Assembly (NCBI GenBank): GCA_033722255.1
Contig: JAWVZJ010000001.1
Span: 1 to 30,136, forward strand
DNA length: 30,136 bases
Direction: 5' to 3'
Source: Thermoanaerobaculia bacterium
Lineage (GTDB): Bacteria > Acidobacteriota > Thermoanaerobaculia > Multivoradales > JAIOJS01
Shown here piece by piece: positions 24,498 through 30,136 of the stretch (its first letter is position 1; the number at the start of each line of letters is the position of its first letter). The translations under genes were made by a program, and so were the position numbers. The notes under the pieces were generated by a model. The model saw only the letters and a list, made by a program, of their open reading frames with translations. It was not told the origin of the DNA and did no database searches.

Positions 24498-25523
24498 TCA
24501 CACGATGGAGACCTTTCGGAGGAGGTCGATGTCCCCCAGGACCCGTCCAGCCCCCAGCACCACCGAGGCCAGGGGATCCTCGGCCAAGACCACCGGCAGC
24601 CCGGTCTCCTCCCGTAGGCGCTGGTCGAGGTTCCGCAGCAGGGCTCCTCCCCCGGAGAGCACGATGCCCCGGTCGATGATGTCCGCCGAGAGCTCCGGCG
24701 GCGTCCGTTCCAGGGCCTGCCGCACCGCCTCCACGATCGTGGAGACCGGCTCGATCAGCGCCTCCCGGATCTCCTCGTCGGAGATCACCAGGTTCTTGGG
24801 GACTCCCTCCACGAGATCGCGTCCCTTGATCTCCATGGTGAGGGCGTCCTTCAGCGGATGGGCAGATCCGATCTCGCACTTGATCAGCTCGGCGGAACGC
24901 TCTCCGATCAACAGGTTGTACTTGCGCTTCAGGTGCTGGATCACGGCGTCGTCCATCTCGTTGCCCGCTACCCGGACGGAGCGGCTGTAGACGGTTCCGG
25001 CCAGGGAAATGACGGCCACGTCGGTGGTGCCGCCCCCGATGTCGACGATCATGTTCCCCGAGGGCTCGGTGATCGGCAGACCGGCGCCGATGGCGGCCAT
25101 CATCGCCTGTTCGACGAGGAACACCTCCGAAGCCCCCGCCCGCTCCGCCGAGTCCCGGACCGCTCGCTTCTCGACCTGGGTGATCTCGCTGGGAACTCCG
25201 ATGACGATCCGGGGCCGGACCAGGCGCCGTCCTCCGTGGGCCTTCTTGATGAAGTGCTCGAGCATCTTCTCCGTGACCTCGAAATCGGCGATCACCCCGT
25301 CCTTCATGGGGCGGATCGGCTCGATGTTCCCGGGGGTGCGCCCGAGCATCTCCTTGGCCTCGGCCCCGACCGCCTCGATCTTGTTCGTCACCTTGTTGAC
25401 CACGACGACAGAGGGCTCCCGAACCACGATGCCCTTGGTCCGGGCATAGACCAGGGTGTTCGCCGTCCCCAGGTCGATGGCCAGGTCGTTCGAGATGTAG
25501 CGGAGAATCGAGCCTAGGGGCAT
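24498..25523 (-). CDS. mreB: Rod shape-determining protein MreB
   Basis: DLAIDLGTANTLVY, RPMKDGVIADF, MIVDIGGGTTDVAVISL, ERTPPELSADI, LSGGGALL. Confidence 0.98.
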   Translation of the reverse strand: MPLGSILRYISNDLAIDLGTANTLVYARTKGIVVREPSVVVVNKVTNKIEAVGAEAKEMLGRTPGNIEPIRPMKDGVIADFEVTEKMLEHFIKKAHGGRRLVRPRIVIGVPSEITQVEKRAVRDSAERAGASEVFLVEQAMMAAIGAGLPITEPSGNMIVDIGGGTTDVAVISLAGTVYSRSVRVAGNEMDDAVIQHLKRKYNLLIGERSAELIKCEIGSAHPLKDALTMEIKGRDLVEGVPKNLVISDEEIREALIEPVSTIVEAVRQALERTPPELSADIIDRGIVLSGGGALLRNLDQRLREETGLPVVLAEDPLASVVLGAGRVLGDIDLLRKVSIV

Positions 25524-25581
25524 GACGGAGCTCCTCGACGCATCGAAAGGGAGATGAGACCGGAGGGTGTGTGGCGGGTGA

Positions 25582-25610
25582 GTTTTACCACGACGTCCGG
25601 GAAGTGACCA
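25582..25610 (-). promoter_or_regulatory. Possible promoter for the mre operon
   Basis: Minus strand TGGTCA (25610-25605), 17-nt spacer ending in TGG, TAAAAC (25587-25582). Confidence 0.4.
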
Positions 25611-25646
25611 GGGGGCACAGCGACGATCGCGGAAACGGGATCGGGA

Positions 25647-27062
25647 TCAAATGCTCTCCACGAAGACCCGTTCCCGCTTCGTCACCTCGTTCCCCCAGGG
25701 GTCCTCGGCCCGGACCTCGATAAAGTCCCATCCCGTCTGCACCAGCTGGACGGTCTTGGTGAAGCCGCCGTCCGCGGCCACCGTGACCGATTCGCCGTTC
25801 ACCCAGACCGAGGCTCCGGGGTCGGTGCGTCCCCGGACGATGAAGATCGCGCCGTAGGACTGGACGTCGTCGATCATCAGCTCCGGCGGCTCCCGGTCTC
25901 CTCCCCGGGGACCTCCCGGAGCCACCCGGAAGCGGCGCGGCTCGCTCCAGGGCCCCCGGAGCCCGTCCGTGTTCTGTGCCGCCACCCGCCACAGGAAGCT
26001 CCCCTCTCCCCGGACCCCGAGAGTCGCCTCGGTCCTCTGCCGATCGTCGGCAGCGATCACGTTTTCGACGAAGAGGCGGTTCCGGGACACCTGGAGGGCG
26101 TAGCTGGCCGCCTCCTCCACCTGCTGCCAGCTCAGGGTGATCCGCTGGGTGCGTCCCGAATCGATGTCGGCGTTGTCGCCGGGGGCGGTCAGCTCCGGAG
26201 CCGGCGGGAGAGGCAGGGGCTCCGACAGGCTGTCGCCCCGCTGACTCACGGTCTGGAGGGCCCCCACCCTCCGGCGCTCACCTCCGGCGGAGGCGACGTC
26301 CATGGTCCCCCGGTAGGTGGTGAAACTGCCCTGCTCTCCCGTCTCGTCGACCACGACCACGGCCTCCGTCTCGTCCTCCACCCGGGCCTCGGCCCTGGGG
26401 GTGGCGATCTGGCTGGGTCGCTGGGCCGTGTTGAGATTGATCCAGCCGTACTGGAGCTCGACGGTCCGCTCCCCGGGGCCCTCTCCCGGCGCGCCGCTGA
26501 CCACGAAGAGGGTGTTCGGGCGAACCGTGTAGAGGGTGCCGTCGACGAACATGATCTCCGCCGTTCCACCGGCGCCGGTCTTCACGAAATCCCCGTTCTC
26601 GAGAGTCACCTGGGCCCGGGCCGACTCCCACCGCCCCCGCTCGCCCCGGCGGTAGTCGACCCGCCCGTCCACGGTGACGAACCGGGCCTGGCCGGCTCCC
26701 TGCCGGGCCGTGGCGTCCCGGATCGAGATCAACAGCTCCCGGCTTCGCCGACCCCGGGCCAGGGCCGCCGGGTACTCTCCGGCGTCGTAGGCGGAGCGAC
26801 CCTCCTCCATGAGCTCCCATGCGGTATCGTACTCCGCCTGGAACTCCTCCAGCTCCTGGGAGCCCTGGAGCTCCTGGAAGAGCCGGCGGTCCTCCTCCAG
26901 GATCCGGGCCGCCTCCCGCTGGAGGGCGTTCGACTCCCACCACCGGTACCCGAAGTAGCCGCCCACGGCCAGGATCAGGAGAAGGAGAAGAACACCCCAG
27001 CCCTGCAGGGTCTCGACCGAAACCTTGTACCAGTCGCTCTTTGGGCTCCGATCGGGGACCAC
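25647..27062 (-). CDS. Membrane-anchored FecR-domain protein with Fn3/Ig-like C-terminal domains
   Basis: GTG 27062 with GGAGG 12 nt upstream. [20 protein letters not shown]. FecR-like VDGRVDY...[31 protein letters not shown]. Fn3-like LSWQQV...YALQVS...WRVAA. Ig-like [15 protein letters not shown]...AEDPWGN. Confidence 0.78.
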   Translation of the reverse strand: MVPDRSPKSDWYKVSVETLQGWGVLLLLLILAVGGYFGYRWWESNALQREAARILEEDRRLFQELQGSQELEEFQAEYDTAWELMEEGRSAYDAGEYPAALARGRRSRELLISIRDATARQGAGQARFVTVDGRVDYRRGERGRWESARAQVTLENGDFVKTGAGGTAEIMFVDGTLYTVRPNTLFVVSGAPGEGPGERTVELQYGWINLNTAQRPSQIATPRAEARVEDETEAVVVVDETGEQGSFTTYRGTMDVASAGGERRRVGALQTVSQRGDSLSEPLPLPPAPELTAPGDNADIDSGRTQRITLSWQQVEEAASYALQVSRNRLFVENVIAADDRQRTEATLGVRGEGSFLWRVAAQNTDGLRGPWSEPRRFRVAPGGPRGGDREPPELMIDDVQSYGAIFIVRGRTDPGASVWVNGESVTVAADGGFTKTVQLVQTGWDFIEVRAEDPWGNEVTKRERVFVESI

Positions 27063-27088
27063 GCTCGTCGAATTCCTCCGGGAGGCAC

Positions 27089-27097
27089 AATATACCA
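27089..27097 (-). promoter_or_regulatory. Extended -10 promoter for the FecR-domain gene
   Basis: Minus strand TGG-TATATT, 26 nt upstream of GTG 27062. Confidence 0.5.
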
Positions 27098-27118
27098 GAT
27101 CCGGGGATCCCCGGCGGG

Positions 27119-27147
27119 TTGCCGCCCGGAGAGGCGCCTGGTACAGT
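27119..27147 (+). promoter_or_regulatory. Sigma70-type promoter for ppiD
   Basis: TTGCCG (27119-27124), 17-nt spacer ending in TGG, TACAGT (27142-27147). Confidence 0.6.
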
Positions 27148-27207
27148 TTTCCTCTCTGTTCCGGGGGAATCCCGCCCTTCCTCCCATCTGTTTCGGAAAG
27201 GACTCCC

Positions 27208-29151
27208 ATGCTCAAGGTCTTACGCGACTCGATGAAGTACCTGGCCTGGATTCTCTGGCTCGTCATCGCTGTCTTCATCCTCTTCGTCTTCGTCGACTTC
27301 GGCGGCGGGATGCCCGCGTCCCGGCGACCGGGCCAGGCCGCGGCCACGGTGGGAGAGCAGGAGATCACCTACGGGGAGTTCGAGCGAGAGTACCGGAACC
27401 TGGAGGAACAGATGCGCTCCAACCTCGGGGACCAGTACACTCCGGAGCTGGCCGAGCAGCTCCAGATTCCCTCCCAGGCCCTCAACCGAGTCGTGAATCG
27501 GAAGATCCTCCTGGCGGCGGCCCGGGAGCTGGACCTGACGGTGACCGACGAGGACCTCGGGAGCTACATCGTCTCCCTCCCCGTCTTCCGGCAGAACGGC
27601 CGGTTCGTGGGAGAGGCGACCTACGACCGGATCGTCCGCCGTCTCGGCTACACGCCGGCGGGGTTCGAGCGGTCGATGCGGGAGCAGCTCCTGGTCGACC
27701 GTCTCATGGGGGCCCTGGAGAGCTCGGTGGTGGTCCCGGAGGAGCGGCTCGAGCAGCGATACCGGGAGCAGGTGGAGAAGGCTTCGATCCGATTCGTCGC
27801 CCTCCCGGTTTCCGAGGTGGCCTCCGATGTCTCTCTCACCGACGCGGAGCTCGAGGAGTACTTCCAGGAGCACCGGGAGGAGTATCGGATCCCCGAGGAA
27901 AGGACCGCGAACTATCTCCTCGTCGACCAGAACGTCCTCCGGGAGGAGCTCGAGGTCACGGAGGAGGAGATCACCTCCTACTACGAGGAGCATCGGGAGG
28001 AGTACCGCCAAAAGGAGCAGGTCCGAGCCCGTCACATCCTGGTCGGCACCGAGGACCGGAGCGACGAGGAGGCCAGGGAGCGGATCGCCGAGGCCCGGAC
28101 CCGCCTGGAGGCCGGCGAGGAGTTCGCCGCCGTGGCCCGGGATCTCTCGGACGACCCCGGGAGCGCCGCCCGGGGCGGAGACCTCGGCTTCTTCGGCCGG
28201 GGGCGGATGGTCCCGGCCTTCGAGGAGGCGGCCTTCGGAGCCGAACCCGGCGAGCTCGTGGGACCGGTGGAGACCCAGTTCGGCTATCACCTGATCGAGG
28301 TCCAGGAGAAGCGGGAGGAGCGGCTGCGATCCCTGGACGAGGTCCGGGAGCTGATCCGGAATCGTCTCCGGGCCACCACCGCCGGCGAGCGGGCTGAAGC
28401 GCTGGCCCAGCAGCTCCGGGACGACCTGGGCCAGAGCCCCACGCCGGCGCGGATGGAGGAGCTGGCCACCGAGAATCCGGCGGTGACCTTCGGGACGACC
28501 GAGCCCTTCCGGAGGCAGGGGACCGTCCCTCCCCTGGGGCCGGCTCCGGCGGTGAGCGACGCCGCCTTCGCCCTCCAGGAAGGAGGCGTGAGCGCGCCGG
28601 TGCGGGCCCCCCGGGGATGGGTCGTGATCCGCCTGAGCGAGGTCCACCCGCCACGGGCGCCGGAGCTGGAGGAGGTGGAAGAGCAGGTTCGGGAGGACGC
28701 GAGGCGGGCGAAGGCCGTGGAGCAGGCCGGAGAGAGATTGGCCGAGGCGGCGGGGGCCGAGTCCGGGACCCCCAGCCTCGACGCCGCCGCCGAGTCTCTG
28801 GGGCTGGAAATCCAGGAGAGCGATCCCTTCGGCCACGGAGGCACCGTCAGCGGCCTGGGCCGGGCACCGGAGGTCGCCGAGCGGGCCCTCTCCATGGGGG
28901 AGGGGGAGGTGGCGGGTCCGATGACCGCCGGAGACCGGGCCGTCCTCTTCGAGGTCGTGTCCCGGGAGACCTTCTCCCCCGAGGGCTTCGCCCGGGAGCG
29001 GGAGCGGATCGCCGAGCAGCTCCGGCAGCAGGAGCTCAATCAGCTCCTCTCGTCCCTGGTCAACCAGAAGCGGCGGGAGCTGGGCGTCACCTACGACCCG
29101 CAGCTCCTGGAGTCCTTCGAGCTCACGGAGCTGGCCGGGGAGCAGGGCTGA
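27208..29151 (+). CDS. ppiD: PpiD-type membrane-anchored chaperone / peptidyl-prolyl isomerase (SurA N-terminal + parvulin domain)
   Basis: ATG 27208 with AAAGGA SD. N-terminal [21 protein letters not shown]. Parvulin VRARHILV...[30 protein letters not shown]...[12 protein letters not shown]. Confidence 0.9.
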   Translation: MLKVLRDSMKYLAWILWLVIAVFILFVFVDFGGGMPASRRPGQAAATVGEQEITYGEFEREYRNLEEQMRSNLGDQYTPELAEQLQIPSQALNRVVNRKILLAAARELDLTVTDEDLGSYIVSLPVFRQNGRFVGEATYDRIVRRLGYTPAGFERSMREQLLVDRLMGALESSVVVPEERLEQRYREQVEKASIRFVALPVSEVASDVSLTDAELEEYFQEHREEYRIPEERTANYLLVDQNVLREELEVTEEEITSYYEEHREEYRQKEQVRARHILVGTEDRSDEEARERIAEARTRLEAGEEFAAVARDLSDDPGSAARGGDLGFFGRGRMVPAFEEAAFGAEPGELVGPVETQFGYHLIEVQEKREERLRSLDEVRELIRNRLRATTAGERAEALAQQLRDDLGQSPTPARMEELATENPAVTFGTTEPFRRQGTVPPLGPAPAVSDAAFALQEGGVSAPVRAPRGWVVIRLSEVHPPRAPELEEVEEQVREDARRAKAVEQAGERLAEAAGAESGTPSLDAAAESLGLEIQESDPFGHGGTVSGLGRAPEVAERALSMGEGEVAGPMTAGDRAVLFEVVSRETFSPEGFARERERIAEQLRQQELNQLLSSLVNQKRRELGVTYDPQLLESFELTELAGEQG

Positions 29152-29155
29152 CACC

Positions 29156-30136
29156 GTGGGCGACGGGTCCCGCCCCGCGACCCGGGCCGTGACCGCCGGC
29201 GAGGAGACCGAGCCTCCCCGTCCTCCCGCTACCCCGGCCGTCTACCAGACGGCTCCCTTTCTCTTCTCCAGCACCCGGGAGCTCGAGGAAGCCTTCGCCG
29301 GGGAGGGAGACCACGGCCTCTACTCCCGATACTCGAGCCCCAACTCCGAGGCGGTGGAGGCGAAGATCGCCACCCTGGAGGAGGCCGAAGGCGCCGTGGC
29401 CTTCTCCTCCGGAATGTCCGCCATCGCCTCCGTCCTCTCGAGCCTCCTGCGCTCCGGCAGTCACCTGGTGGTGGCCCGGGAGCTCTACGGGGGGACCCTG
29501 GCCTGGCTCGAGCATCTCCGGGAGCGGCAACCGGAGATCGGGACCGAACGGGTGGCTCTGGACCGCCTCCGGGAGCGCCTTCGGGAATGCCCGGGACCCG
29601 ATCTTGTCTGGGTGGAGAGCCCCACCAACCCCCGGCTCCGGTGTATCGATCTCTCGAATCTGGCCACGGGCTGCCGGGAGGCCGGGGCGAAGCTCGCCGT
29701 CGACAATACCTTCGCCACTCCGGTCCTCCAGCGACCCCTCTCCCTGGGAGCCGACCTGGTGGTGCACAGCGCCACCAAGTATCTCGGAGGCCACAGCGAC
29801 GTGACCGCGGGAGTGGTGGCGGGTCGCCGGGGCCTGCTGGAGCCGATCCGCCGACACCGCCGGCTGGGAGGAGCGGTCCTGGATCCCCACGCCGCCTTCC
29901 TCCTCAACCGGGGGATCAAGACCCTCTTCCTGCGGGTCGAGCGCCAGAGCGCCTCGGCCTCCCGCCTGGCCGAGACGCTCGGGGAGCACGGAGCGGTGCT
30001 CCGGGTCTTCTACCCGGGTCTCGATCCCCTGGGCCGACGCCAGATGCGGGCCGGGGGCGGGATGCTCTCCTTCGAGGTCCGGGACGGGGAGACGGCGGCC
30101 GCCGTCGTGGATCACCTGCGACGGTTCCGGATCCTC
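29156..30136 (+). CDS. PLP-dependent transsulfuration enzyme (cystathionine gamma-synthase/lyase or methionine gamma-lyase family), runs off the right edge
   Basis: Manual translation from GTG 29156: PAVYQTAPF, YSRYSSPN, AVAFSSGMSAI, WVESPTNP, VDNTFATP, VHSATKYLGGHSD (PLP Lys). Not in the ORF track because there is no stop. Specificity cannot be assigned. Confidence 0.9.
   Translation, partial: MGDGSRPATRAVTAGEETEPPRPPATPAVYQTAPFLFSSTRELEEAFAGEGDHGLYSRYSSPNSEAVEAKIATLEEAEGAVAFSSGMSAIASVLSSLLRSGSHLVVARELYGGTLAWLEHLRERQPEIGTERVALDRLRERLRECPGPDLVWVESPTNPRLRCIDLSNLATGCREAGAKLAVDNTFATPVLQRPLSLGADLVVHSATKYLGGHSDVTAGVVAGRRGLLEPIRRHRRLGGAVLDPHAAFLLNRGIKTLFLRVERQSASASRLAETLGEHGAVLRVFYPGLDPLGRRQMRAGGGMLSFEVRDGETAAAVVDHLRRFRIL

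Noticed and set aside
27063-27368. N-terminal extensions of the FecR ORF (to 27368) and the ppiD ORF (from 27025)
   Set aside because: They would overlap each other and the divergent promoters. The internal starts at 27062 and 27208 have SD sequences and sensible TM placement.

Overview
A 30 kb stretch of high-GC (about 70% by eye) bacterial core chromosome with no transposase, integrase, phage gene or CRISPR array. GWxTD, DUF3467 and DivIVA genes plus many lipoproteins suggest Acidobacteriota (inference). Left to right: partial mutS2 and rpsU (-); a TPR + SmpA/OmlA lipoprotein (-); a GAF-like/acidic-linker protein and a TPR-Slt lytic transglycosylase (+); tRNA(CAT), C4 zinc-ribbon protein, RNase HI and yggS (+). 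A long minus-strand envelope block follows, in transcription order: FecR-domain protein, mreB, mreC, mreD, mrdA, rodA, rng, LPS-kinase/glycoside-hydrolase-fold fusion, orphan type I substrate-binding lipoprotein, wzm, wzt, DUF3467, GWxTD-like lipoprotein, M49 peptidase, divIVA. The window ends with ppiD and a partial PLP transsulfuration enzyme (+). Three leads stand out. (1) A cytoplasmic sugar-kinase + clan GH-A-like fusion that lacks the canonical acid/base Glu lies near an orphan Wzm/Wzt exporter with a C-terminal carbohydrate-binding module, so it may be a glycan capping/editing module. (2) A PopZ/RomR-like polarity scaffold candidate shares an upstream palindrome with divIVA. (3) Two gene junctions have a TTGA start/stop overlap that is out of frame by one G. 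All family calls come from motif recognition by eye; no searches were run.
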